From: Anaeramoeba ignava BMAN
Taxonomy: Eukaryota; Protista; Anaeramoebae
DNA length: 64,000 bases
NCBI GenBank assembly: GCA_028826165.1
Contig: JAPDFW010000073.1
Coordinates: 248,001 to 312,000, forward strand
Direction of reading: 5' to 3'
This document shows positions 10,857 through 21,902 of the stretch, piece after piece (position 1 is the stretch's first letter; every line of letters starts with the position of its first letter). A program made the position numbers and the translations under genes. Under the pieces are notes generated by a model. That model was given only the letters and a program-made list of their open reading frames with translations, was not told the origin of the DNA and did no database searches.

Positions 10857-11975
10857 ATGAATGAAATTTTATTTTTTGGTCAAAATGAAAAACCAATTCT
10901 TTTCAAAAATGAACCAAATGAAATAACAAAACCAATTCAATTTAAATTCGAAAATGAAAATGAAAAACAAATTAAACAAATTTCAACAGGTTACTTTGGA
11001 ATAATTTTCCTTTTTAAAAATGGAAAAGCAATAGAATATTTATATGATGAAGATTCAAACCAAAATCCTCAAAAAATCCAAATTGAAAATATTCAAAAAG
11101 TAACTGTTGGTTATCTCAATGAAGCTATTTTAACAAAAGAAGGAAATGTATTTGCCAAAGGAGATGATATTAGTTCAAAAAATCCAAATGAATTTATCAA
11201 TATTTCATCATTAATTGAAGATACAAATGATAGAATAATTGAAGATGTTATTTCTGGTGCTTATTCAGTTTACTTATTAACTTCAAATCATAATGTTTAT
11301 GGAATTGGTTCAAATCTTTGTGGTCAACTTGGTTTTGATTCTGAAATACTTAAAGAAACAGAAAAACCAATTTTAATGATGAAAAATGTTTCTAAAATAT
11401 TTCCAGGAAATTCTTCTTATCATGTTTTTCTTTTAAATTCAAATCAAGAATTATTTGGATGCGGTGCTAATAGATTTACTCAAGTTGGATTAGGTGAATC
11501 AATAAAAGAAGATTGGAAAATTCAAAAATTAACCAAAATCCAAAATATTCCAAAAGGTAAAATAATTGATATTAAATGTGGATTTTATCATTCAATAATG
11601 TTGATTGAAAATGAAGATGAAAATCAAAATCCAAAAAGAAAACTTTATTCATGTGGTTATAATAAGGATAATGGACTTGGTAAAGATGATACCTATGAAT
11701 TTACTGAAATCAAATCATCCTTATTTGAAAATGATGATATTCTTGAAATTTTTGTTGGACAAGAACATACTTTGATTTTAACTTCTAAATCGAAATTAAT
11801 CGGATTTGGAGATAATGATTATGGTCAATTAGGAACTGGAGATACAGAAAGGCAATTAATTCCAATTCAAATTGAACTTCCTAAATTAAGATTTAATGAA
11901 GATATTTCTAATTATCATGTTTCTTGTGGATTTAACAAATCATTTCTTTATTATTCAAATCAAAATCAAAATTAA
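10857..11975 (+). CDS. RCC1-repeat protein, copy 3 (no BTB)
   Basis: 372 aa; ends FLYYSNQNQN* right after the propeller. Confidence 0.88.
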   Translation: MNEILFFGQNEKPILFKNEPNEITKPIQFKFENENEKQIKQISTGYFGIIFLFKNGKAIEYLYDEDSNQNPQKIQIENIQKVTVGYLNEAILTKEGNVFAKGDDISSKNPNEFINISSLIEDTNDRIIEDVISGAYSVYLLTSNHNVYGIGSNLCGQLGFDSEILKETEKPILMMKNVSKIFPGNSSYHVFLLNSNQELFGCGANRFTQVGLGESIKEDWKIQKLTKIQNIPKGKIIDIKCGFYHSIMLIENEDENQNPKRKLYSCGYNKDNGLGKDDTYEFTEIKSSLFENDDILEIFVGQEHTLILTSKSKLIGFGDNDYGQLGTGDTERQLIPIQIELPKLRFNEDISNYHVSCGFNKSFLYYSNQNQN

Positions 11976-12250
11976 AATTAAAATTAAAATTAAAATTAAA
12001 ATTAAAATTAAAATTAAAAATTAAAATTAAAATTAAAATTAAAATTAAAATTTAAAATTAAAATTAAAATTAAAATTAAAAATCAAAATTAAAATTAAAA
12101 TCAAAATCAAAATTAAAATTAAAATTAAAATTTAAATTAAAATTAAAATTAAAATCAAAATCAAAATCAAAATCAAAATTAAAATCAAAATCAAAATCAA
12201 AATTCAATTCAAATTCCCTTTTTAAAATTAAAATTAAAATTAAAATTAAA
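11970..12250. repeat. (AAAATT/AAAATC)n spacer between RCC1 copies 3 and 4
   Basis: Directly visible hexamer run. Confidence 0.9.
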
Positions 12251-12310
12251 AAAATTTTTTTTTTCATTTTTTTCATTTTTTTCATTTTTTTCATTTTTTT
12301 CTTTTCAAAA

Positions 12311-13423
12311 ATGAATGAAATTATATTTTTTGGTGAAAATGAAGAACCAATTCTTATCAAAAATGAACCAGATACAATAACAAAACCAATTCAATTTAAA
12401 TTCGAAAATGAAAATGAAAATGAAAATGAAAAACAAATTAAACAAATTTCATCAGGAAATAATTCAACAATTTTCCTTTTTAAAAATGGAAAAGCAATAG
12501 AATATTTAAATGAAAATCCTTCAAAAATCCAAATTGAAAATATTCAAAAAGTAATTGTTGGCCAAGAAAATGAAGCTATTTTAACAATAGAAGGAAATGT
12601 ATTTGCCAAAGGAGAAGATATCAATCCAAATAATACAAATGAATTTATCAATATTTCATCATTAATTGAAGATACAAATGATAGAATAATTCAAGATATT
12701 GTTTCTGGATGGTGTTCAATTTACTTATTAACTTCAAATCAAAATGTTTATGGAATTGGTTTAAATGATTGGAGCCAACTTGGTTTTGATTCTAAAATAC
12801 TTAAAGAAACAAAAAAACCAATTTTAATGATGAAAAATGTTTCTAAAATATTTTCAGGAAATTCTTCAAGACATGTTTTTCTTTTAAATTCAAATCAAGA
12901 ATTATTTGGATGTGGTGATAATCAATACAGTCAAGTTGGATTAGGAAAATCAAGAAAAGAAACAAAAATCCAAAAATTAACCAAAATCCAAAATATTCCA
13001 AAAGGAAAAATAATTGATATTCAATGTGGAATGGGGCATTCAATAATGTTGATTGAAAATGAAAATGAAAATGAAAATCCAAAAAGAAAACTTTATTCAT
13101 GCGGATTTTATCTATCTAATGGACTTGGCAAAGATGAAGATACTTATGAATTTACTGAAATCAAATCATCTTTATTTGAAAATGATGATAATATTCTTGA
13201 TATTTCTTGTGGTGATTCTCATACTTTGATTTTAACTTCCAAAGGGAAATTAATTGGATTTGGAGATAATGAATATAATCAATTAGGAACTGGAGATACA
13301 GAAAGGCAATTAATTCCAATTCAAATTGAACTTCCTAAATTAAGATTTAATGAAGATATTTCCAATTATCATGTTTCTTGTGGAAATTACAGATCATTTC
13401 TTTATTATTCAAATCAAAATTAA
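12311..13423 (+). CDS. RCC1-repeat protein, copy 4 (no BTB)
   Basis: 370 aa; ends FLYYSNQN*. Confidence 0.88.
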   Translation: MNEIIFFGENEEPILIKNEPDTITKPIQFKFENENENENEKQIKQISSGNNSTIFLFKNGKAIEYLNENPSKIQIENIQKVIVGQENEAILTIEGNVFAKGEDINPNNTNEFINISSLIEDTNDRIIQDIVSGWCSIYLLTSNQNVYGIGLNDWSQLGFDSKILKETKKPILMMKNVSKIFSGNSSRHVFLLNSNQELFGCGDNQYSQVGLGKSRKETKIQKLTKIQNIPKGKIIDIQCGMGHSIMLIENENENENPKRKLYSCGFYLSNGLGKDEDTYEFTEIKSSLFENDDNILDISCGDSHTLILTSKGKLIGFGDNEYNQLGTGDTERQLIPIQIELPKLRFNEDISNYHVSCGNYRSFLYYSNQN

Positions 13424-13830
13424 AATTAAAATTAAAATTAAAATTAAAATTAAAATCAAAATTAAAATTAAAATTAAAATTAAAATTAAAATTAAAATTA
13501 AAATTAAAATTAAAATTAAAATTAAAATTAAAATTAAAATTAAAAATTAAAATTAAAATTAAAAATTAAAATTAAAAATTAAAATTAAAATTAAAATTAA
13601 AATTAAAATTAAAATTAAAATTAAAAATTAAAATTAAAATTAAAATTAAAATTAAAATTAAAATTAAAATTAAAATTAAAATTAAAATTAAAATTAAAAT
13701 TAAAATTAAAATTAAAATTCAATTCAAATTCCCTTTTTAAAAATTAAAAATCAATTTAAAAATTAAATTTAAAATTAAAATTAAAAATTAAAATTAAAAT
13801 TAAAAATTAAAAATCAAAATTAAAAATTCC
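13420..13830. repeat. (AAAATT)n spacer between RCC1 copies 4 and 5
   Basis: Directly visible hexamer run. Confidence 0.9.
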
Positions 13831-13862
13831 AAAAATCATTTTTCATTTTTTTCTTTTCAAAA

Positions 13863-15638
13863 ATGAATGAAATTATATTTTTTGGTGACAATCAATATCC
13901 AAAACTTTTCAAAAATGAACCAGAAAAAATAAAATCAATTCAATTTAATTTTGAAAATGAAAATGAAAATGAAAATGAAAATGAAAAGCAAATTAAACAA
14001 ATTTCATCAGGTTTATTTTCAACAATTTTCCTTTTTGAAAATGAAAGAGCAATAGAATATTTAAATGAAAAAGATTCAAAACAAAATCCTTCAAAAATCC
14101 AAATTGAAGAAAATATTCAAAAAGTATCTGTTGGTTTTCAAAATGAAGCTATTTTAACAAAAGAAGGAAATGTATTCGCCAAAGGAAAAGATATCAGTTC
14201 AAATAATTCAAATGAATTTATCAATATTTCATCATTAATTGAAGATCTAGATGATATAGTAATTGAAGATGTTGTTTCTGGAATATTTTCAATTTACTTA
14301 TTAACTTCAAATCAAAATGCTTATGGAATTGGTGACAATTCTTATGGTCAACTTGGTGTTGATTCTAAAACACTTAAAGAAACAGAAAAACCAATTTTAA
14401 TGATGAAAAATGTTTCTAAAATATTTTCAGGAAACTTTTCACATAGAGTTTTTCTTTTAAATTCAAATCAAGAATTATTTGGATGCGGTTTAAATAGATA
14501 TGGCCAAATCGGATTAGGAGAATCAAGCAAAGAAGAAACAATCTATAAATTAACCAAAATCCAAAATATTCCAAAAGGCAAAATAATTGATATTCAATGT
14601 GGAAATTTTCATTCAATAATGTTGATTGAAAATGAAGATGAAAATCAAAATCCAAAAAGAAAACTTTATTCATGTGGTTATTATGAATTTAATGGACTTG
14701 GCAAAACTGAAAATACTTATGAATTTACTGAAATCAAATTATCTTTATTTGAAAATGATATTATTATTGATTTTTCTGTTGGAAATAATCATACTTTGAT
14801 TTTAACTTCTAATTCAAATTTAATTGGATTTGGAAATAATGAATATGGTCAATTAGGAACTGAAGATAGAAAGTCTCAATTAATTCCAATTCAAATTGAA
14901 CTTCCTAAATTAAGATTTAATGAAGATATTTTCAATTATCATGTTCTTTGTGGATATTACAGATCATTTCTTTATTATTCTCCTCTTTCTTTTTCCAATC
15001 TTGAAGAAGATTTGATAAAATTATTTAAAAGAAAAGAATTTTGTGATATTTCATTTAAAACAGAAAATGGAGAAATAATTGAAGCTCATAAATTAATATT
15101 GAAATATAGATTAAATCAAAATGAAAATCAAATTGAAAAACTTAAAGAAATTATTTCAAATAAATCAATTAAAGAATCAAATCAAATATTTGAAATGATT
15201 TATTCAAACAGAATATTAAATCCAAAATTATATTTTGAAATTAAAGAAATTATAAATTCAAATGAAAAAATTGAAGAAACAATGAAAAGAATTTATTTAA
15301 ATGAAAATGAAAATGAAAATGATTTTATTATTGAAAGAAAAGAAAAACAATATAAATTTCCTAAATTAATATTAATAATGAGAAGTGAATTATATCGAGG
15401 AATGTTTTTATCTGTAACAGAAGATAAATCTAATAAAGTTACAGATTATAGTGAATTAAGTAATAAATCATTTCAAATATTTGAATATTGGATTTATTCA
15501 AATCAAATTAAAGATGGAATTAAAATTACACAAGAAATAATTGATGAAATTGAAAGAGGAATTGATTATTTTCAATTAAATCAAACAAATCCAAATTTAT
15601 TTGATTTATTAATTAACAAATTTAATAATCAAAATTAA
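13863..15638 (+). CDS. RCC1-repeat plus tandem BTB protein, copy 5
   Basis: 591 aa; same motifs as copy 2. Confidence 0.9.
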   Translation: MNEIIFFGDNQYPKLFKNEPEKIKSIQFNFENENENENENEKQIKQISSGLFSTIFLFENERAIEYLNEKDSKQNPSKIQIEENIQKVSVGFQNEAILTKEGNVFAKGKDISSNNSNEFINISSLIEDLDDIVIEDVVSGIFSIYLLTSNQNAYGIGDNSYGQLGVDSKTLKETEKPILMMKNVSKIFSGNFSHRVFLLNSNQELFGCGLNRYGQIGLGESSKEETIYKLTKIQNIPKGKIIDIQCGNFHSIMLIENEDENQNPKRKLYSCGYYEFNGLGKTENTYEFTEIKLSLFENDIIIDFSVGNNHTLILTSNSNLIGFGNNEYGQLGTEDRKSQLIPIQIELPKLRFNEDIFNYHVLCGYYRSFLYYSPLSFSNLEEDLIKLFKRKEFCDISFKTENGEIIEAHKLILKYRLNQNENQIEKLKEIISNKSIKESNQIFEMIYSNRILNPKLYFEIKEIINSNEKIEETMKRIYLNENENENDFIIERKEKQYKFPKLILIMRSELYRGMFLSVTEDKSNKVTDYSELSNKSFQIFEYWIYSNQIKDGIKITQEIIDEIERGIDYFQLNQTNPNLFDLLINKFNNQN

Positions 15639-15820
15639 AATCAACAATTAAAATTAAAATTAAAATTTAAATCAAAATTAAAATTAAAATTAAAATTAAA
15701 ATTAAAATTAAAATTAAAATTAAAATTAAAATTAAAATTAAAATTAAAATTAAAATTAAAAATTAAAATTAAAATTAAAATTTAAATCAAAATTAAAATT
15801 AAAATTAAAATTAAAATTCC
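15636..15820. repeat. (AAAATT)n spacer between RCC1 copies 5 and 6
   Basis: Directly visible hexamer run. Confidence 0.9.
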
Positions 15821-15853
15821 AAATATCATTTTTTCATTTTTTTCTTTTCAAAA

Positions 15854-17638
15854 ATGAATGATTGTTTATTTTTTGGTCAAAATGAAGAACCAATCCTTTT
15901 AAAAAATGAACCAAATAAAATAAAAAAATCAATTCAATTTAATTTTGAAAATGAAAATGAAAATGAAAATGAAAATGAAAATGAAAATGAAAATGAAAAA
16001 CAAATTAAACAAATTTCATCAGGTTTATTTTCAACAATTTTCCTTTTTAAAAATGGAAAAGCAATAGAATATTTAAATGAAAAAGATTTAAATCAAAATC
16101 CTGAAAAAATCCAAATTGAAGAAAATATTCAAAAAGTATTTGTTGGTACTCGAAATGAAGCTATTTTAACAAAAGAAGGAAATGTATTTGCCAAAGGAGA
16201 AGATATCAGTTCAAATAATTCAAATGAATTTATCAACATTTCATCATTAATTGAAGATCTAGATGATATAGTAATTAAAGATGTTGTTTGTGGAGCTTGT
16301 TCAATTTACTTATTAACTTCAAATCAAAATGTTTATGGAATTGGTGACAATTTTTGGGGTCAACTTGGTTTTGATTCTAAAACACTTAAAAAAACACAAA
16401 AACCAATTTTAATGATGAAAAATGTTTCTAAAATATTTTCAGGAAACTTTTCACATAGAGTTTTTCTTTTAAATTCAAATCAAGAATTATTTGGATGCGG
16501 TTTAAATAGATATGGCCAAATCGGATTAGGAGAATCAAGCAAAGAAGAAGTAAATAAATTAACCAAAATCCAAAATATTCCAAAAGGTAAAATAATTGAT
16601 ATTCAATGTGGAAATTTTCATTCAATAATGTTGATTGAAGATGAAAATGAAAATACAAAAAGAAAACTTTATTCATGTGGTTATTATGATTATAATGGAC
16701 TTGGTAAAACTGAAAATACTTATGAATTTACTGAAATCAAATTATCTTTATTTGAAAATGATATTATTATTGATTTTTCTGTTGGAAATAATCATACTTT
16801 GATTTTAACTTCTAATTCAAAATTAATTGGATTTGGAAATAATGAATATGGTCAATTAGGAACTGGAGATACAAAATCTCAATTAATTCCAATTCAAATT
16901 GAACTTCCTAAATTAAGATTTAATGAAAATATTTCTAATTATCATCTTTCTTGTGGATATGATAATTCATTTCTTTATTATTCTCCTCTTTCTTTTTCCA
17001 ATCTTGAAGAAGATTTGATAAAATTATTTAAAAGAAAAGAATTTTGTGATATTTCATTTAAAACAGAAAATGGAGAAATAATTGAAGCTCATAAATTAAT
17101 ATTGAAATATAGATTAAATCAAAATGAAAATCAAATTGAAAAACTTAAAGAAATTATTTCAAAAAAATCAATTAAAGAATCAAATCAAATATTTGAAATG
17201 ATTTATTCAAATAATTTCATAATAAATCCAAAATTATATTCAGAAATTAAAGAAATTATAAATTTAAATGAAAAAATTGAAGAAACAATGAAAAGAATTT
17301 ATTTAAATGAAAATGAAAATGAAAAAGATTTTATTATTGAAAGAAAAGAAAAACAATATAAATTTCCTAAATTAATATTAATAATGAGAAGTGAATTATA
17401 TCGAGGAATGTTTTTATCTGTAACAGAAGATAAATCTAATAAAGTTACAGATTATAGTGAATTAAGTAATAAATCATTTCAAATATTTGAATATTGGATT
17501 TATTCAAATCAAATTAAAGATGAAATTGAAATTACACAAGAAATAATTGATGAAATTCAAATTGGAATTGATTATTTTCAATTAAATCAAACATATCCAA
17601 ATTTATTTGATTTATTAATTAACAAATTTAATAATTAA
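15854..17638 (+). CDS. RCC1-repeat plus tandem BTB protein, copy 6
   Basis: 594 aa; same motifs as copy 2. Confidence 0.9.
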   Translation: MNDCLFFGQNEEPILLKNEPNKIKKSIQFNFENENENENENENENENEKQIKQISSGLFSTIFLFKNGKAIEYLNEKDLNQNPEKIQIEENIQKVFVGTRNEAILTKEGNVFAKGEDISSNNSNEFINISSLIEDLDDIVIKDVVCGACSIYLLTSNQNVYGIGDNFWGQLGFDSKTLKKTQKPILMMKNVSKIFSGNFSHRVFLLNSNQELFGCGLNRYGQIGLGESSKEEVNKLTKIQNIPKGKIIDIQCGNFHSIMLIEDENENTKRKLYSCGYYDYNGLGKTENTYEFTEIKLSLFENDIIIDFSVGNNHTLILTSNSKLIGFGNNEYGQLGTGDTKSQLIPIQIELPKLRFNENISNYHLSCGYDNSFLYYSPLSFSNLEEDLIKLFKRKEFCDISFKTENGEIIEAHKLILKYRLNQNENQIEKLKEIISKKSIKESNQIFEMIYSNNFIINPKLYSEIKEIINLNEKIEETMKRIYLNENENEKDFIIERKEKQYKFPKLILIMRSELYRGMFLSVTEDKSNKVTDYSELSNKSFQIFEYWIYSNQIKDEIEITQEIIDEIQIGIDYFQLNQTYPNLFDLLINKFNN

Positions 17639-17830
17639 AATCAAAATTAAAATTAAGATTAAAATTAAAATCAAAATCAAATTAAAGATGGAATTAAAAT
17701 CAAAATCAAATTAAAGATGGGATTAAAATTAAAATTAAAATTAAAATTAAAATTAAAATTAAAATTAAATTTGTTAATTCTTTAATCCAAAAAATCAAAA
17801 TTAAAATTAAAATTAAAATTAAAATCAAAA

Positions 17831-18940
17831 TTAAATTTTTTTTTGATTTTGATCAATAAAAAGTTTAATATCGGGATTTTTTTGAATATTTGAAAGTGTA
17901 TGAGAAAGAACAGTTTGAAGATAATTAATTTGTTCTGAAATAAGAAGCTTTTCAGCATTGACAGCACGAAGTTTTGAAGTTAAATCAGCATTTTCCTTTT
18001 CCATTTTCTCAACAAAATTCTCAAGTTCTTGAATTCTTTCTTGTTGTCTCTTTCTGAAATTTCTTGAAGCGACTCTATTGACTTCAAGTCTTTTTTCTCT
18101 TAATTGTTCTTCAGTTAAATCACTCTCATTTTTTGGAGAAGATCTTTTTCTTGTTGATCTTGCTCGTTTTGGAAAGGGCGAAAGGGTATTATACTTAGGT
18201 AATTGGAAAACAGGTCTTTTAATTTTTGGAGGTGAAAGAAAAGAATTAAAAGCAAGTAAGCTTGGATTTATTGGTTGAATGATTTGATTTTCGTAGCTTT
18301 CATGTTCTTGATTATTTTCTTCCTGTTTTTCTAAATCATTATCTTTTTCCATTTCTTGTTCTTGTTCTTTTTCTTGATCTTTTTCTTGATCAGATTCCGC
18401 TTTGTATTTGTTTTTTTTGAGATTTGGTTTTTGGTATTTTTGCTTTTTGGATTTTTGTTTTTGGTATTTTTGTTGTTGTTTTTGCTTTTGTTTTTGTTTT
18501 TTATATTGAATTTCTTGATCGCTTTCTTGATCGCTTTCTTGTTGTTTTTGTTGTTTTTTTTGTTTGTTTTTTTTCTTTTCTTGTTTTGTTTCTTCTTCTT
18601 CTTCTTTCATTTCTTTTTCAACCATTTGTTCAATTTGTTCAAAATTTTCAAAACCAGTTAATAAATCATTTGTATTTTCTTTACTAATTGAAAGCAAAAT
18701 TTTTCTTGTAATTTCATTTTGTTTTTTAGCATCTTTATCTTCTAAATTTGAATGAATATCAAGTTTTTTTGTTTCTAAATCTTGAGTTGTTTGTGTTTCT
18801 GCTTCTACTGTTTGTGTTTCTGTTTCTGAATTATCACTTCCAAAAAAATCAACTTCTAATGTATTTGGTTGTTGTGAATGGATTTTGTGTTTTTGGTTTT
18901 GTTCAACTCTGTTTAAATGATTTTGTGGGTGTTGAGACAT
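17831..18940 (-). CDS. bZIP transcription factor
   Basis: C-terminal basic region KRLEVNRVASRNFRKRQ followed by a leucine zipper; Q/K/E-rich N-terminus. Confidence 0.9.
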   Translation of the reverse strand: MSQHPQNHLNRVEQNQKHKIHSQQPNTLEVDFFGSDNSETETQTVEAETQTTQDLETKKLDIHSNLEDKDAKKQNEITRKILLSISKENTNDLLTGFENFEQIEQMVEKEMKEEEEETKQEKKKNKQKKQQKQQESDQESDQEIQYKKQKQKQKQQQKYQKQKSKKQKYQKPNLKKNKYKAESDQEKDQEKEQEQEMEKDNDLEKQEENNQEHESYENQIIQPINPSLLAFNSFLSPPKIKRPVFQLPKYNTLSPFPKRARSTRKRSSPKNESDLTEEQLREKRLEVNRVASRNFRKRQQERIQELENFVEKMEKENADLTSKLRAVNAEKLLISEQINYLQTVLSHTLSNIQKNPDIKLFIDQNQKKI

Positions 18941-19139
18941 TTATTAATTATTTTAATTATTTTAATTATTTCTTTTTTTTTAATTAAATTAAAAACAAAA
19001 AAAAAATTAAAAAAAAAAAGTGTAATGATGAACAATAATTTGAAAATGGTTCGTCATTTTGATGAAAAAAAAATTTTTTTTAACCGTAAGAATGACTAAA
19101 AAATGAATTTTAATTAATAATTTTTATTCCAGTTTACTT

Positions 19140-21875
19140 AATTACATATTTATATCATTTTCTAATTAATAATTAATTTATATTATTTAATTATTTTATT
19201 TGATATAATATAATATAAAAAGATTATAAATTTAATTTAATTAATTATAATTAAAAAATATTATAAAAAATTAATAAATATTTTTAATCATATTTATATC
19301 ATTTTCTAATTAATAATTAATTTATATTATTTAATTATTTTATTTTATATAATATAATATAAAAAGATTATAAATTTAATTTAATTAAATGTAATTAAAA
19401 AATATTATAAATAATTAATAAATATTTTTAATCATATTTATATCATTTTCTAATTAATAATTAATTTATATTATTTAATTATTTTATTTGATATAATATA
19501 ATATAAAAAGATTATAAATTTAATTTAATTAATTATAATTAAAAATATTATAAATAATTAATAAATATTTTTAATTATATTTATATCATTTTCTAATTAA
19601 TAATTAATTTATATTATTTAATTATTTTATTTATTTTCATTTATTATATAGTATAAAAAGATTATAAATTTAATTTAATTAATTGTAATTAAAAATATTA
19701 TAAATAATTAATAAATATTTTTAATAATATTTATATCATTTTATAAATAACATTTAACTTATATTATTTAATTATTTTATTTTTATATAATATAATATAA
19801 AAAGATTATAAATTTAATTTAATTAATTGTAATTAAAAATATTATAAATAATTAATAAATATTTTTAATTATATTTATATCATTTTCTAAATAATATTTA
19901 ATTTATATTATTATTTAATTATTTTATTTTATATATATATATAATAAAAAAAGATTATAAATTTAGTTTAATTAATTGTAATTAAAAATATTATAAATAA
20001 TTAATAAATATTTTTAATTATATTTATATCATTTTCTAATTAATAATTAATTTTATATTAAAAATATTTAATTATTTTATTTTATATTATATAAAATAAA
20101 AAGATTATAAAAAGATTATAAATTTAATTTAATTAATTGTAATTAAAAAATATTATAAATAATTAATAAATATTTTTAATAATATTTATATCATTTTCTA
20201 ATTAATATTTAATTTATATTATTTAATTATTTTATTTTATATAATATAATATAAAAAGATTATAAATTTAGTTTAATTAATTGTAATTAAAAAATATTAT
20301 AAAAATTAATAAATATTTTAAATTATATTTATATCATTTTCTAAATAATATTTAATTTATATTATTTAATTATTTTATTTTTATATTATATAATATAAAA
20401 AGATTATAAATTTAATTTAATTAAATGTAATTAAAAAATATTATAAATAATTAATAAATATTTTTAATCATATTTATATCATTTTCTAAATAATATTTAA
20501 TTTATATTATTTAATTATTTTATTTTATATTATATATTATAAAAAGATTATAAATTTAATTTAATTAATTTTAATTAAAAATATTATAAATAATTAATAA
20601 ATATTTTTTAATAATATTTATATCATTTTCTGAATAATATTTAATTTATATTATTTAATTATTTTATTTAATATTATATAATATAAAAAGATTATAAATT
20701 TAGTTTAATTAATTGTAATTAAAAATATTATAAATAATTAATAAATATTTTAAATTATATTTATATCATTTTCTAATTAATAATTAATTTATATTATTTA
20801 ATTATTTTATTTTATAATATATAATATTTTTAAAATAAAAGATTTTATAAATTTAATTTAATTAATTGTAATTAAAAATATTATAAAAATTAATAAATAT
20901 TTTAAATTATATTTATATCATTTTCTAAATAATATTTAATTTATATTATTTAATTATTTTATTTTATATAATATAATATAAAAAGATTATAAATTTAATT
21001 TAATTAATTGTAGTTAAAAAATATTATAAAAATTAATAAATATTTTTAATTATATTTATATCATTTTCTAATTAATAATTAATTTATATTATTTAATTAT
21101 TTTATTTTATATTATATAATATAAAAAAGATTATAAATTTAATTTAATTAAATGTAATTAAAAATATTATAAAAATTAATAAATATTTTTTAATTATATT
21201 TATATCATTTTCTAATTAATATTTAATTTATATTATTTAATTATTTTATTTTATATTATATAGTATAAAAAGATTATAAATTTAATTTAATTAATTGTAA
21301 TTAAAAATATTATAAAAATTAATAAATATTTTTAATTATATTTATATCATTTTCTAATTAATAATTATTTTTATATTATTTAATTATTTTATTTTTATAT
21401 TATATAATATAAAAGATTATAAATTTAATTTAATTAAATGTAATTAAAAATATTATAAATAATTAATAAATATTTTTAATCATATTTATATCATTTTCTA
21501 AATAATAATTAACTTATATTATTTAGTTATTTTATTTTATATTATGTATTATAAAAAGATTATAAATTTAATTTAATTAATTATAATTAAAAAATATTAT
21601 AAATAATTAATAAATATTTTTAATTATATTTATATCATTTTCTAATTAATATTTAATTTATATTATTTAGTTATTTTATTTTATATTATATAATATAAAA
21701 AGATTATAAATTTAATTTAATTAATTATAATTAAAAAATATTATAAATAATTAATAAATATTTTTAATTATATTTATATCATTTTCTAATTAATAATTAA
21801 TTTATATTATTTAATTATTTTATTTTATATTATATAATATAAAAAGATTATAAATTTAATTTAATTAATTTTATT
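19140..21875. repeat. Tandem array A, ~144-bp unit, ~19 copies
   Basis: The landmark TATATCATTTT occurs at 19151, 19295, 19439, 19582, 19732 and 19876, and continues. Confidence 0.9.
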
Positions 21876-21902
21876 AAAATAAAACAAAAACAACAACAAC
21901 AA

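Noticed and set aside
13350-13569. IKIKIK, LKLKLK, ILILIL and NFNFDF ORFs here and at about 39430, 40440, 42490, 50430, 51430, 55890, 58010 and 60415
   Set aside because: Translations of simple repeats in introns or spacers, or alternative frames of coding repeats.
6790-17638. Diversity-generating retroelement behind RCC1 variability
   Set aside because: No reverse transcriptase or template repeat in the window, and the changes are not adenine-specific.
19140-21875. CRISPR-like appearance of the regular arrays
   Set aside because: Whole units repeat with no unique spacers, there are no cas genes, and the context is eukaryotic.
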